From positions 106,594 to 170,593 of the forward strand of contig DASYZL010000006.1 of assembly GCA_035946335.1 (NCBI GenBank): a stretch of 64,000 bases of DNA, given 5' to 3'. Made by a program: the position numbers and the translations under genes. Below are positions 20,560 to 30,795 of the stretch, one piece after another. Under the pieces are notes generated by a model, which saw only the letters and a list, made by a program, of their open reading frames with translations, did no database searches and was not told where the DNA came from. This DNA is from Patescibacteria group bacterium. Its GTDB lineage: Bacteria > Patescibacteriota > Microgenomatia > Levybacterales > UBA12049. Within the stretch, counting starts at the first letter, position 1. The number at the start of each line of letters is the position of its first letter.

Positions 20560-21080
20560 AGGTTATTTTTTTCCTTTTTTGGTTTCCTCTGTTGTTTTTT
20601 TACCTTTGTTTCCTTTTCAGCTACAATTTCTGCTTCAATAATCTCGTTCTTATTTACTTCTGCTTCTTTTTCTGTTCTTTGCTTTGCAGAACTTTTCTGA
20701 GATTTCTCAGGATGCTCCTCTGTTACTTTTTTCTCAACCCATTCAATCATCGCCATTGCTGCGTTATCAGAAAACCGCTCATTCAGCTTTACTATTCGTA
20801 CATATCCGCCCGGACGGTTTTTAAATCGTGGCGCAATATCTTTAATAAGCTTTTCAACGGCTTGAGATGATAAATATGGTTGCACAAACGGTCGAGCCTT
20901 TTGATCTTTTTGCTTCGCTTTTGTTACAAGTTTCTCGATTTTGCCACGAATCGCGCGGGCCTTTGCTTCTGTTGTTGTAATACTTTCACGTAAAACCAGC
21001 GCATTCATCAACTCTCTAAAGAGAGCTTTGCGCTCATTTGTATCCCTACTCAATCGTCTACCGAAAACCTTTTTTTTCAT
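20556..21080 (-). CDS. rplQ: 50S ribosomal protein L17 with charged C-terminal extension
   Basis: GRRLSR, ITTTEAKA and RPGGYVRI motifs. Confidence 0.96.
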   Translation of the reverse strand: MKKKVFGRRLSRDTNERKALFRELMNALVLRESITTTEAKARAIRGKIEKLVTKAKQKDQKARPFVQPYLSSQAVEKLIKDIAPRFKNRPGGYVRIVKLNERFSDNAAMAMIEWVEKKVTEEHPEKSQKSSAKQRTEKEAEVNKNEIIEAEIVAEKETKVKKQQRKPKKEKNNL

Positions 21081-21167
21081 AATTTTACAAAAGAAAAAGT
21101 CAAATGCAAGCGTAAAAATCAATTCGTAATCCAGTCAGACTGATTTCTTCCCGCATGCCTTTTGACT

Positions 21168-22088
21168 TTATAATGTTACGCTGACACCTTTTTCTTTTAA
21201 TTTTTCGTCGATAATAGCAATCGATTTTGCGCCCATATTCCGCATTGCAATCAGATCTTTTCGCGGCATTTGCAGAAGTTCACCAAGTGTCTGAATGCCA
21301 CCATTTCGTAAACTGTTATAAATGCGTGTCGGCAAGTCTAATTCATCAACGGTAAGCTTAAGTAAATCATCTGAAATTTTCGGAGTTGGGTTTGCGTCAG
21401 AAACAATAACTTCATTTGGTTTATATACCTGCATGAAGTACTGCGAGAGCATTTGTGCCGCATTATCCAGCGCTTCCTTCGGCGTTAATGAACCATTTGT
21501 CCAAATCTCCAGAATAAGTTTATCCATATTTGTCCGTCTTCCAACCCTAGTCGCTCCAACGGTATAATTCACTCTAATAATTGGCGTGAAGACTGCATCT
21601 GTGACAATAACTCCCAGTGTATTTTCTTGCCGTTCTTCTGCAAGTGAATAACCATATCCTTTTTCAACAGTCATTTCCATGTCAAGCTTTGCTTTATCTC
21701 CTGAAAGTGATCCAAGGTATATTTCCGGATTTGCTATTGTTACTCCGTCAGAAACCTGAATGTCCTTTCCGGTAATTTTATGGGTACCCTTAACTGTTAA
21801 TTTCAGCGTTGCGCTTCCCTTTGCATCTGACAAATAAATATGGAGTCCTTTGAGGTTTAGGAGTAGATCAACAACATTTTCTTTGAGACCTGGCACTTCT
21901 GAGAATTTATGTTTTACGCCGCTAATTTTTACTGACGTTATTGCTGCACCTTGCATGGAAGAAAGCAAAACCCGTCGCAGGGCGTGTCCAAGCGTATGAC
22001 CAAATCCCGGTTCAAGCGGTTCTATGTTAAATTCGCCGAAGTTGTTTTCATCTCTTGTCTGTTTAACGGTAAAGATTATATCAAGCAT
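21168..22088 (-). CDS. rpoA: RNA polymerase alpha subunit
   Basis: EPLEPGFGHTLGHALRRVLLSS, GYGY, DAVFTP and alpha-CTD RIYNSL...NMGAKS. Confidence 0.97.
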   Translation of the reverse strand: MLDIIFTVKQTRDENNFGEFNIEPLEPGFGHTLGHALRRVLLSSMQGAAITSVKISGVKHKFSEVPGLKENVVDLLLNLKGLHIYLSDAKGSATLKLTVKGTHKITGKDIQVSDGVTIANPEIYLGSLSGDKAKLDMEMTVEKGYGYSLAEERQENTLGVIVTDAVFTPIIRVNYTVGATRVGRRTNMDKLILEIWTNGSLTPKEALDNAAQMLSQYFMQVYKPNEVIVSDANPTPKISDDLLKLTVDELDLPTRIYNSLRNGGIQTLGELLQMPRKDLIAMRNMGAKSIAIIDEKLKEKGVSVTL

Positions 22089-22104
22089 AAAAGGTATTGT
22101 ACCA

Positions 22105-22707
22105 TTATCGAGAATAATATTCAATAATAAGTTGCATATCAAAAGGAACCTCTACATCTGTCCGTTTTGGAAGACGCAGTAGCCTCCCTGCAACAGCTTC
22201 TCTCTCAAGAAAGGGAAGCAGGGGTTTGTTCTCTCCCAGCAATGTAACAACATCAGGATTTTTTTGCACTTTATCAGAGAGAGTAACAACTTCATCTGCT
22301 TTTACCTGATACGAAGGAATCGTTACTTTTTTCCCGTTTATCAATACATGTCCGTGAGAAACAAACTGCCTTGCCATAAATCTGCTTTTGGCAAAACCGA
22401 GCCGGTATACGATGTTATCCAATCTTGTTTCAAGAAGTCCCAAAAATAATTCACCAGTATTACCTTTGATGTGTTGTACTTTTTGAAATGTGGAGTGAAA
22501 TTGCTTTTCCAGAAGACCGTATACAGCTTTTGCTTTCTGCTTTTCCCGAAGCTGTAAACCATACTCAGACAACTTTCTCCCGCGTTTTCCACCGTGAATA
22601 CCTGGCTTAATAGTCAGACGGCGTAATAGACTGGCTGACTGTTTATCCAAAACATTTACCCCTTCCCGACGTGCTAGTTTGTGCTTTGGTCCTGTATAGC
22701 GTGCCAT
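22105..22707 (-). CDS. rpsD: 30S ribosomal protein S4
   Basis: MARYTGP, SEYGLQLREKQK, LETRLDN and IIEYYSR motifs. Confidence 0.98.
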   Translation of the reverse strand: MARYTGPKHKLARREGVNVLDKQSASLLRRLTIKPGIHGGKRGRKLSEYGLQLREKQKAKAVYGLLEKQFHSTFQKVQHIKGNTGELFLGLLETRLDNIVYRLGFAKSRFMARQFVSHGHVLINGKKVTIPSYQVKADEVVTLSDKVQKNPDVVTLLGENKPLLPFLEREAVAGRLLRLPKRTDVEVPFDMQLIIEYYSR

Positions 22708-22708
22708 A

Positions 22709-23107
22709 TTATACTCTCCGTTTCTTTTGCGCCCGCGGTCCGTTGTGCGGAATCGGCGTCATATCTGCAATAAGATTAATGGAAAGTCCTGCTGTTTTAA
22801 TTGCTCGTAGCGCACTGTCGCGTCCTGATCCCGGTCCTTTAACAAATACATCAACTGCTGCGAGACCTTTTGCAAGCGCTTTTTTCGCCGCATCTTCAAC
22901 AGCAAGCCCTGCAGCATATGGTGTTGATTTTCGTGTTCCTTTAAATCCTCTTGCACCCGAAGAACTCCATGAGATCGTCTCACCTTTATCATTGGTAATA
23001 GTCACTATGGTATTATTGAATGTTGCACTAATATATAATTTACCTGTCTTTGAAACACTTGCCCCTGCTTTTTTCTTGATTGATTTTACTGCTTCCTTTT
23101 TTATCAT
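22709..23107 (-). CDS. rpsK: 30S ribosomal protein S11
   Basis: [17 protein letters not shown] and TPIPHNG motifs. Confidence 0.98.
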   Translation of the reverse strand: MIKKEAVKSIKKKAGASVSKTGKLYISATFNNTIVTITNDKGETISWSSSGARGFKGTRKSTPYAAGLAVEDAAKKALAKGLAAVDVFVKGPGSGRDSALRAIKTAGLSINLIADMTPIPHNGPRAQKKRRV

Positions 23108-23108
23108 A

Positions 23109-23528
23109 TTATTTCTTTGCTGGTTGTGCTTTTGCTACCTGTGCTGTTTCCATCTTTGTGGCTATTTCTTTTTTAATCGCACCGATTGTTACCCGCTTCC
23201 CGCGTTTCGTACGTGCATTTGATTTTGTCCGTTGACCACGAACCGGCAATCCTCTCGCATGACGTATGCCACGATAACTGCTAATATCCCGCAGGCGCTT
23301 GATATTTCCTGTCACTTCTGCGCGCAAATCACCTTCAAGTTTATACCCTTCCAAACTGGTAGCTATCCGTTTCTGCTCATCATCAGAAAGATTTTTTACC
23401 CTTATTGAACCGTCAATCTGAGCTTTTTTCAAGATAATTTTTGCATTATTTCTTCCCACACCATAGAGATAGGAAAGAGCGATATCAACTCGTTTTTCGT
23501 CTGGTATGGTTACTCCTGCAATTCTCAT
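23109..23528 (-). CDS. rpsM: 30S ribosomal protein S13
   Basis: MRIAGV, EGDLR and [22 protein letters not shown] motifs. Confidence 0.98.
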   Translation of the reverse strand: MRIAGVTIPDEKRVDIALSYLYGVGRNNAKIILKKAQIDGSIRVKNLSDDEQKRIATSLEGYKLEGDLRAEVTGNIKRLRDISSYRGIRHARGLPVRGQRTKSNARTKRGKRVTIGAIKKEIATKMETAQVAKAQPAKK

Positions 23529-23531
23529 AGA

Positions 23532-23645
23532 TTATCCTTGACGTTGTTTGTGCCGGGGATTTTCACACACGACACGAAGCACGCCTTTACGCTTGATTAC
23601 TTTGCATTTTGCACATCGTGGTTTAACACTTGCTTGTACTTTCAT
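23532..23645 (-). CDS. rpmJ: 50S ribosomal protein L36 (Zn-binding type; below ORF-track cutoff)
   Basis: [37 protein letters not shown]. Confidence 0.97.
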   Translation of the reverse strand: MKVQASVKPRCAKCKVIKRKGVLRVVCENPRHKQRQG

Positions 23646-23648
23646 TGG

Positions 23649-23867
23649 TTACCTCCCTCTATAAACGATTCTTCCTTTTGTCTTATCGTATGGCGTCATT
23701 TCGATACGAACCCTGTCACCGGGGAGAATTTTAATAAAATGCATCCGCAGTTTTCCCGCCAAATGGCAAAGAATAACAGATCCGTCTGCAAGTTCTACCC
23801 GAAATAACGTATTAGGAAGGGACTCTCTTACGATCCCTTCCATTTCAATAGATCCCTGATGAGCCAT
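23649..23867 (-). CDS. infA: Translation initiation factor IF-1
   Basis: [10 protein letters not shown] and [19 protein letters not shown] motifs. Confidence 0.98.
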   Translation of the reverse strand: MAHQGSIEMEGIVRESLPNTLFRVELADGSVILCHLAGKLRMHFIKILPGDRVRIEMTPYDKTKGRIVYRGR

Positions 23868-24131
23868 GTACTATTTGCATGATTATAGCAAAACGCAGCA
23901 CAAAGAGCAAAGGGGAATTTTGTAGTTCTTGGCATTACCTCTTAAATAGAGTATTTTGTAAAATCTGTGAAAACTCATGCTATTATAGAATCACCAACAA
24001 AACTGAAAAGCACACTTTGCCAACATCGCCTTAGTACCAGCTTCGTTACTTCCCTACAAAGCAGAGTATATGAACCCGTTGCAAAACTATCAGTAGTGAC
24101 TAATTAGGTAACTATCTGTTAAGATTAACCT

Positions 24132-24372
24132 ATGATTGTCGAGATTGTCGGTATTTTTGCCACTCTTTTCTCAATGATTGCGTTTATTCCTCAAGCTATA
24201 CAGACATGGAGAACGAAGCGAACAAAAGATATTTCACTTACCTCGTACCTCATTCTTTCTTGTAGTGCTTTTTTATGGACTGTTGCGGCATGATCTTCCT
24301 ATCATCATAACAAATGGAACGATATTTATCGTGGTACTTCCAATCCTTCTGCTTAAGATAAAACGTCAATAA
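24132..24372 (+). pseudogene. SemiSWEET (PQ-loop) transporter, frameshifted
   Basis: ATG 24132 gives MIVEIVGIFATLFSMIAFIPQAIQTWRTKRTKDISL...AFLW then TGA at 24291. The +1 frame continues YGLLRHDLPIIITNG...LLKIKRQ*. Confidence 0.85.
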
Positions 24373-24705
24373 TCCTCATGATCATTTGACAATACAAGTT
24401 AGGCAGTAGTAACCTCAATTTGTCGAAAAAGGAGGTTGCTTCCGTAAATTGTAGACAGATACAGGTAAAAACATACCCATCATATGCTTTTACTTATTCA
24501 TAAATACAGTTTTGCAATCACTTCTATGGCAACTGTGAATAAACTCCCTATGGGTAGCGTCCTCTGGGTGCCAGGGGCACTACGGCAACAAAAAATCATA
24601 AACAGCGTGAAAGAATTTTCAAAACGCACGGCCACACGGTGTATACCCTCCCCTTTTCGCAGATCGCTAAGAAGACACCAACACACCGACCAGCCGCAGA
24701 GAACC

Positions 24706-25893
24706 TTACTCTTGCCTTTTAACCACGTTGCGGAAACGTGCGTTTACAGGAACCATACTTTTTCCCACCCTTACGACTTGGTCATCGACTACCGCTACTC
24801 TCCTTTGCCTGTATATGTCGATTGGTTTTTCCAGAAGGTACGTGACTGCGAAGGAAAAAAGGATCGCAAAAAGAAGACCGATGAGGATAAATGCCAAGGT
24901 GCCAGACTGTGCGATATGGGTGTATGCAAGCACCTCATTGGCGAGAATGTGAGATATATACAGCGGGTAAGACAACTGACCGATAAAACCATCAAAGCGT
25001 ATGCGACTAGAGAATTGAAACAGAAACGGGAGCGAAGCAGCAATTGTTCCATAGTAAATGTAATCATGAATATTCATCCATTTATACTTATACTGCAATG
25101 ACGGAATGGGGAGACGAAAGTACAGGAGCGCAAAGAGACATACGAACAGGCAGATACCAGACAGTGCAAGGGGGTGCATTTTCTCCATGGGCAACGTTTC
25201 ATACAGCAGGAAATTCAGATACCCAAACATGAAGTACGTCAGAGCGGTGAGAAAAATATAACCCGATGTATCGAAATCCAACCACTGAAAATGGAAGAAA
25301 AGGTACCAGAGGAGAAATGCTCCGGCAATGACTCCAAAACGAATGAACCCTTTTCTTCGAAGCAAAAAGGGAGCGATCAGGTAGAATAAGAGTTCATGGT
25401 TTAATGACCACGCCTGCCCTGTGGTAGTCAGGTAACCGCTTTCTCCAGCAGCACAGCGAACGAAATAGCCGCAATGGAAGACTAAAGTGACATTGCGAAA
25501 AATATCTGCTGCTATTGCAACCGGAAGCATCAGGATATCTTTCTGAAGGAGAAAGGAATAGTACGGAATGTACCAGGAAAATAGCAGGTCTTTGGCATAT
25601 ACTTCGGGTGGATGAATTTTCAATAAAAGCACGACAGCATAAAACAAGAGCGACAACAAGAGTATCACCCAATAGATCGGGTAAATCCGAAGAAGTCGGT
25701 TGGTAATAAATAACCGGTAGGAGCTTTTCTTTCCCACATATTTCCTATTCAAAATAAACGCCATGTAGAAACCGGAGATAATAAAAAACCCATTGACAGG
25801 CGTTATGATGTCAGGGAAAAGCACAAATCCCTTTATCCATCCGGTATGAATAAAGTAAACAGATACAGCAAACAGTACCCTCAGTATTCCCAT
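24706..25893 (-). CDS. Acyltransferase family 3 (OafA-like O-acyltransferase)
   Basis: LR...VYFIH, FFIISGF, NRLLRIYP.YW, WSL..ELLFY and G.LSYPLYISH motifs. Confidence 0.92.
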   Translation of the reverse strand: MGILRVLFAVSVYFIHTGWIKGFVLFPDIITPVNGFFIISGFYMAFILNRKYVGKKSSYRLFITNRLLRIYPIYWVILLLSLLFYAVVLLLKIHPPEVYAKDLLFSWYIPYYSFLLQKDILMLPVAIAADIFRNVTLVFHCGYFVRCAAGESGYLTTTGQAWSLNHELLFYLIAPFLLRRKGFIRFGVIAGAFLLWYLFFHFQWLDFDTSGYIFLTALTYFMFGYLNFLLYETLPMEKMHPLALSGICLFVCLFALLYFRLPIPSLQYKYKWMNIHDYIYYGTIAASLPFLFQFSSRIRFDGFIGQLSYPLYISHILANEVLAYTHIAQSGTLAFILIGLLFAILFSFAVTYLLEKPIDIYRQRRVAVVDDQVVRVGKSMVPVNARFRNVVKRQE

Positions 25894-25965
25894 ATATTCA
25901 TTTGTCGTGTCTTTGATGCGGTGGTAGTAGGGGGAGTACCAACGGTGCTGGTGCAAAGGACTCAG

Positions 25966-26340
25966 TTATTTTTTCTTCATCTTCCACCACAGTAAGCCAG
26001 CAACAATTCCACCGCCAACAACGATCCCCGCCAGTAATATACCGATCAGAATAACCGGATTTGTAATGCTTCTCAACAGACTACTCTGCTTCGGCTGTAC
26101 CGTTATCCCAAGCACTAAGGTATGGTTGCTTCCTGTCACATTGATAATATGATCTCCTGAATAGTTGGCAACCAGCGCGTCATACACACTAGGTTGCAGG
26201 TTCGTAAACTGAACGTTCCCCTTTTGATCTGCCGCTACTTGTCTGATTTCCTGTTTTTGTTGAGTAGCGATAATGAGCAGAGGAAGCGTGATTCCTAAAA
26301 ACAAGAGACCAAGAACTGATAAGAGCGATTTTGCTCGCAT
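25966..26340 (-). CDS. Hypothetical membrane protein with N- and C-terminal TM helices
   Basis: Signal-like N-terminus followed by QQKQEIRQVA; the C-terminal TM helix ends in WWKMKKK. Confidence 0.75.
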   Translation of the reverse strand: MRAKSLLSVLGLLFLGITLPLLIIATQQKQEIRQVAADQKGNVQFTNLQPSVYDALVANYSGDHIINVTGSNHTLVLGITVQPKQSSLLRSITNPVILIGILLAGIVVGGGIVAGLLWWKMKKK

Positions 26341-26454
26341 AGAAAGACGATATATTCACTATAGCATGTTCCTCTCAAAATTGGCGCTCATTTGCCTACT
26401 CTGATCCTCAGTTCTTTTTCCGAAGAATTAAAAGAAACAAAATATGTCAAAGCG

Positions 26455-28464
26455 TTATGGTTGCGAAGTTACCCTGAAGAAGGTAAATGTTGCCGTATCA
26501 CTGCCAATGTTGGAGAATATACCGCAAGTTCCAGAACTGAGTGACGTATCGGTAACAGTAATCATCCAGTTCGCTGGTTCTGAGGTGCCTGTCTGCCACA
26601 CTTTTGCATACAATGTTGTTCCCTGCGCACGCATGCGAATGGAATAGGACGTATTGGGAAGAGCAGTGAATGTGATTGACTTGAGTACTGTGTCACTGCC
26701 TGCTATATGTTTCTTCAATTGGAAATTCTTTCCGTCAATAAATGTTTTATAGAAATTGCTACTATTCTGAAAACGAAGCATGCCTCCGAAACGTTCTGTA
26801 TTAAACCCCGTGAGAGAACCGGACAGGAGCACTTCAGCATCAGAGACTGATGGACCAAGTAGAGCAGTGGAAGAAGAAGCATTCGTTATGTGTCCGCTAG
26901 TATTCACTATGCTGTAATTTCCATTTGTACTTGCATCCCCCATCCAGGTATTTATCCCGTCACTTGCCCTTCCCCAAAATGTCTGGTTGGGTCTGACAAA
27001 TGTATCTTGTGCGATAATACTATTTATCGGAGTGGGAGTCGGTGTCACGCTACCTGTAGGAGTAGGTGTAGGCGTAAATGTAGGCGTTGACGTTGGGGTG
27101 GGAGTTGGTGTTGGGGTCGGCCCCCCGCTGCAATTCCTTAAAGGAAGTACCAACGGTGGATTATGCACCTGAGAAAAATCAAGCTGTGTCGATAGATCTC
27201 CCGCGGAAACGTCTCGTGTGCCAAGAGAAGAAAGACCGAACGTTTGTTCCGCAAATTTCAGTACACTGGCAAATTCTAATGAGACATGACTGACATGAGA
27301 ATTTCCCGGATTGTCCGTTGCGTATGCATATGGTGAGATGATGATATATGGTACGCGAAAACCGTATCCGAGCTGATCGATATTATTCGGAGCCACATGG
27401 TCATAAAATCCTCCGAAATCATCCCATGTTAACACAATAACTGTCGATGGCCATGCAGGAGACTGCATGATTGTGTTGATTTTATCAATTGTCCAGTTTT
27501 CTCCTGTACAGGTGCTTGCCGGAGGATGTTCACTGTCTGCGGTAGGAGCAACAAGCCAGCTAAATTGCGGAAGTTGATTATTTGTCACATCTGTATCAAA
27601 TTGCTGCCATGAAACATCGTTACTCCCCCATACCGAACCGTTCCTGTCCTGCTTAAACGTATCCAAACTGTTCCAGATATACCCTGATTCACCTTGCACC
27701 GGCGCGTAATATTTCCAGGATATACCCGCGTTTGTCATGATATCAGCGAGTGTATTCAGGGTAAAGCAAGGATAGACTTTTGAGCCGTTCAATAGTTGGA
27801 CGGTTGCAGTTGAGGGAGAATCACATCCCCACGTACCGCCGCTGGAAGGATTACCAATTGCGCTGTGTGCAGCATCTACACCGCTTGCACCGGCAACGGT
27901 ATACATATGATTGGGATAACTCGGACCCCTAAGTGATGAAAAAGAATTGTCATTCAATACAAACTGTTGTGCCAGTTGCCAGTAATTCGGAATAAGACTT
28001 TGCTCTGCCTCAACATAACACGGATAAGGCGAAGAACCGCATCCGGACTCGCCATGATTAAAATTATCCATTGCGCCGTTATCATAATCTGTTTTTGCTG
28101 TACTGAACATATGAGAATAGTTTTGGATTGTGTCGGTGAGTTTATTCAGCGAAATTGTTTTTACCACGCCGTTCACTTTGATTTTTCCGGTTGTTGTTCC
28201 GTTGACAGCGGGAAATTGTCCAAAGTAGCTATCAAAACTTCGATTTTCTTTAATAATAAAAACAATATGCTGAATTGGTGTCGCTGCTGAAGCACGGGAA
28301 GAAGATTTTAGCATATGCTGCAAAAGAAATGTTCCTGCCAAGAGAAGAAAAACTACTCCTAATGCAGGAAAAAAGAATTTTCTTTGACGAAAAAGAAGAA
28401 CTATCAGCTTCTTATGAGACGATGGAGAAGATTTTTTCCCTTGAGTACTTTTCCTTTTTTTCAT
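26455..28464 (-). CDS. Membrane-anchored phosphoesterase (phospholipase C / AcpA family) with Pro-Thr linker and C-terminal beta-rich domain
   Basis: [51 protein letters not shown] and GFRVP...SPYA motifs. Confidence 0.92.
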   Translation of the reverse strand: MKKRKSTQGKKSSPSSHKKLIVLLFRQRKFFFPALGVVFLLLAGTFLLQHMLKSSSRASAATPIQHIVFIIKENRSFDSYFGQFPAVNGTTTGKIKVNGVVKTISLNKLTDTIQNYSHMFSTAKTDYDNGAMDNFNHGESGCGSSPYPCYVEAEQSLIPNYWQLAQQFVLNDNSFSSLRGPSYPNHMYTVAGASGVDAAHSAIGNPSSGGTWGCDSPSTATVQLLNGSKVYPCFTLNTLADIMTNAGISWKYYAPVQGESGYIWNSLDTFKQDRNGSVWGSNDVSWQQFDTDVTNNQLPQFSWLVAPTADSEHPPASTCTGENWTIDKINTIMQSPAWPSTVIVLTWDDFGGFYDHVAPNNIDQLGYGFRVPYIIISPYAYATDNPGNSHVSHVSLEFASVLKFAEQTFGLSSLGTRDVSAGDLSTQLDFSQVHNPPLVLPLRNCSGGPTPTPTPTPTSTPTFTPTPTPTGSVTPTPTPINSIIAQDTFVRPNQTFWGRASDGINTWMGDASTNGNYSIVNTSGHITNASSSTALLGPSVSDAEVLLSGSLTGFNTERFGGMLRFQNSSNFYKTFIDGKNFQLKKHIAGSDTVLKSITFTALPNTSYSIRMRAQGTTLYAKVWQTGTSEPANWMITVTDTSLSSGTCGIFSNIGSDTATFTFFRVTSQP
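27028..27120 (-). repeat. Coding Pro-Thr repeat linker
   Basis: [31 protein letters not shown] in the phosphoesterase, encoded with degenerate codons. Confidence 0.9.
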
Positions 28465-28784
28465 TATAAAAAGCAGGATTTAGAGTATCATAGCATATAG
28501 TATGCAATTGCAGCAGATTTTAGCTATATTATTGGCTCTTGACAAGGAATATAAAAATCACTTCTCGTACAGAACTACCCTCAGCAATTGAAAACAACCG
28601 GTGAGACGATAGTAAAATCAAACGCACTCCCATCTCACCCAGTTTTCCTCGATTTAATTGTCACTTCCCGCCAAGAGTAAATTTTTCAAAATAAACCACA
28701 CACAAATATACCATCAGGAGCTAAGCTTATTAGCCTGAAGACTATTGAAATTGATGGCACGACACAGAACCAACTGCAAATAAG

Positions 28785-29549
28785 CTACGCACTGGTAAGA
28801 ATTCTAACTCCGTTTTCAGTTACCGCGACAGTCCGTTCAAAAAGCCCTGATAAACTTCCATCTTCTGTCACAATTGTCCATCCATCTTTTTTGTACGCTA
28901 TATGAGAACTTCCCATGTTGTAAATCACTTCGATCGCAATTGTCATACCTTCTTTGAGAAGCGGCGTTTTCTCAATAGGGCGGGCAAGGTATCCTGGAAT
29001 TTCCGGATCTTCATGTAATTCATATCCAACACCGTGTCCGATAAGTTCCCGTGTTACACCATAACCTGCTCCATCCTCAACAATCATTTGAATTGTTTTG
29101 GAGATGTGGCCTACTCGATTTCCTGGTTTTACCTGCTTGATTGCAAATTCCAATGCCTTTTTCCCTGTGTCTAAAAATTGTATGACTTGTGCAGATGCAT
29201 GCGCTTTACCCCCAACAATAATTGTTTCGGCCATATCTGTTTGCAATCCTTCAAAAATAACACCGCAGTCAACGCCAAACACATCACCGTTTTTCAATAC
29301 GTAATCTGTAGGGATACCATGGACAATGACATTATTTGTTGACGCACAAATAGCGTGATGATACCCAGGAACGTGTTGAAATGCCGGTTCGCCACCCTTT
29401 TCCCTGATAAGCTTTTCTGCTAATGCGTCAAGCTCTAGTTCACTCACCCCTGGCTTCGCCTGTTCAGTAATAGCAAAAACTGTCTCTGCCAATATTTTTC
29501 CACCTTTTCGCATTGCGGCAATTTCTTGAGGCGTCTTGAGAGAAATCAT
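28785..29549 (-). CDS. map: Methionine aminopeptidase type I
   Basis: VHGIP, VDCG...TDMAET, GHGVG..LHEDP and TIAIE motifs. Confidence 0.96.
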   Translation of the reverse strand: MISLKTPQEIAAMRKGGKILAETVFAITEQAKPGVSELELDALAEKLIREKGGEPAFQHVPGYHHAICASTNNVIVHGIPTDYVLKNGDVFGVDCGVIFEGLQTDMAETIIVGGKAHASAQVIQFLDTGKKALEFAIKQVKPGNRVGHISKTIQMIVEDGAGYGVTRELIGHGVGYELHEDPEIPGYLARPIEKTPLLKEGMTIAIEVIYNMGSSHIAYKKDGWTIVTEDGSLSGLFERTVAVTENGVRILTSA

Positions 29550-30232
29550 TGCTTTCTCCTTTCAATTTCTTTGAGTATTTTTTCTACTGTTTCTTCTTCA
29601 GAAAGATTTGAATCATCCAGGACAAAATATCCGTATTTTTCTGGTTCCAGCACTAACGGATCCGCTTCTCTATGCGTATCACGATAATCCCTTTCTTTGG
29701 TATCCTTAAGCATTTGTTCAAATGAAATCCCTGTATTTTGTTTTCCACCCATCTGTTCATATCGTCGTTTTGCCCGAACTTCAGGCGTTGCTGTTAAATA
29801 GATTTTGAGAAACGCGTCAGGTAAAATTCGTGTTGCTGCGTCCCGTGCTTCTGCAATGACAACAAACCCTTTTTCCATCTTTTCTTTTGCAATGCTTCGT
29901 TGCCTCTTGACCATTTCCTGTCGCACCTGGGAAATCGCAGCAACTTTTGCAACAGATTGTGTCACATCCCGTTTTTTGATCCGTTCAGTAATATCTTCTC
30001 CGTTCATATACGTTGTTGCATTATCCAGGGTAAAGGTGATTGTCTGCAATGCGACAAGCACCTTCTCTTTATCGCTCACTGGAATATTGTGTTGCAAACA
30101 ATACAGCGTCAAACCCCGATACATTGCCCCTGTGTAGAGATGAAAACCATGGAGTTTTTTTGCAATGAGTGCGGCAATTGTCCCTTTCCCTGCTGCAACC
30201 GGACCATCAATTGCTATTGCATATCCATTCAT
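29546..30232 (-). CDS. cmk: Cytidylate kinase
   Basis: AIDGP.AAGKGT, TGAMYR, KIYLTA..EVRA.RR and RD..D..R...PL motifs. Confidence 0.93.
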   Translation of the reverse strand: MNGYAIAIDGPVAAGKGTIAALIAKKLHGFHLYTGAMYRGLTLYCLQHNIPVSDKEKVLVALQTITFTLDNATTYMNGEDITERIKKRDVTQSVAKVAAISQVRQEMVKRQRSIAKEKMEKGFVVIAEARDAATRILPDAFLKIYLTATPEVRAKRRYEQMGGKQNTGISFEQMLKDTKERDYRDTHREADPLVLEPEKYGYFVLDDSNLSEEETVEKILKEIERRKQ

Positions 30233-30240
30233 GAAGTTTA

Positions 30241-30795
30241 TTATTTAATAGCTTTCAGTATCTGCTGGTGAATGTCATCAATACGCTGTTCACCGTCAAT
30301 TTCAATAAGAAGACCTTTTTTCCGATAGTAATCCATAACAGGTTCTGTATATTTATGGAACAAATCAATTCGTTTACGTACTGCGGCAAGCGTTTCATCT
30401 TCTCTGTCTACGCTGCCACGACTGGAAAGGCGCCATAATGCTTCTTTATCTGAAACTTTCAGATAAATCGCTTTGGTAATACCGTTATGAAATTCTTCTG
30501 CTTGCTTCACTGTTCTGGGAAATCCATCCATGATGTAGCCGTTTTGGTATTCAGGACGCGACAGGTAATCCTGGACAATTTCCAGCGTTTTTATGTCCGG
30601 GATTAAATACCCTGCATTGATAGTTTCCTTAATATACCGCCCAAGTGGTGATTTTTCTTTCGCCATCTCACGAAAAATATGCCCTGTTGAAAGGTAAGGA
30701 ATATGCAATACGTCATGCAGTAAATTTCCCTGCGTTGATTTGCCGGCTCCTTGAATACCGATAAGAATAATTTTCGTTGGCTTAGAATTGGTCAT
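30241..30795 (-). CDS. adk: Adenylate kinase (short LID)
   Basis: [17 protein letters not shown] and DGFPRT motifs; lies downstream of secY. Confidence 0.93.
   Translation of the reverse strand: MTNSKPTKIILIGIQGAGKSTQGNLLHDVLHIPYLSTGHIFREMAKEKSPLGRYIKETINAGYLIPDIKTLEIVQDYLSRPEYQNGYIMDGFPRTVKQAEEFHNGITKAIYLKVSDKEALWRLSSRGSVDREDETLAAVRKRIDLFHKYTEPVMDYYRKKGLLIEIDGEQRIDDIHQQILKAIK

Noticed and set aside
21081-21110. TAAAAT before rplQ as a leaderless promoter
   Set aside because: It is only 1 nt from the ATG, too close to produce a transcript containing the start codon.
24484-25101. 205-aa plus-strand ORF
   Set aside because: It is mostly antisense to the acyltransferase and has no motif.
27028-27120. 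GT-rich repeat as an array or phase-variable tract
   Set aside because: It is a degenerate-codon Pro-Thr linker, not an exact DNA repeat.
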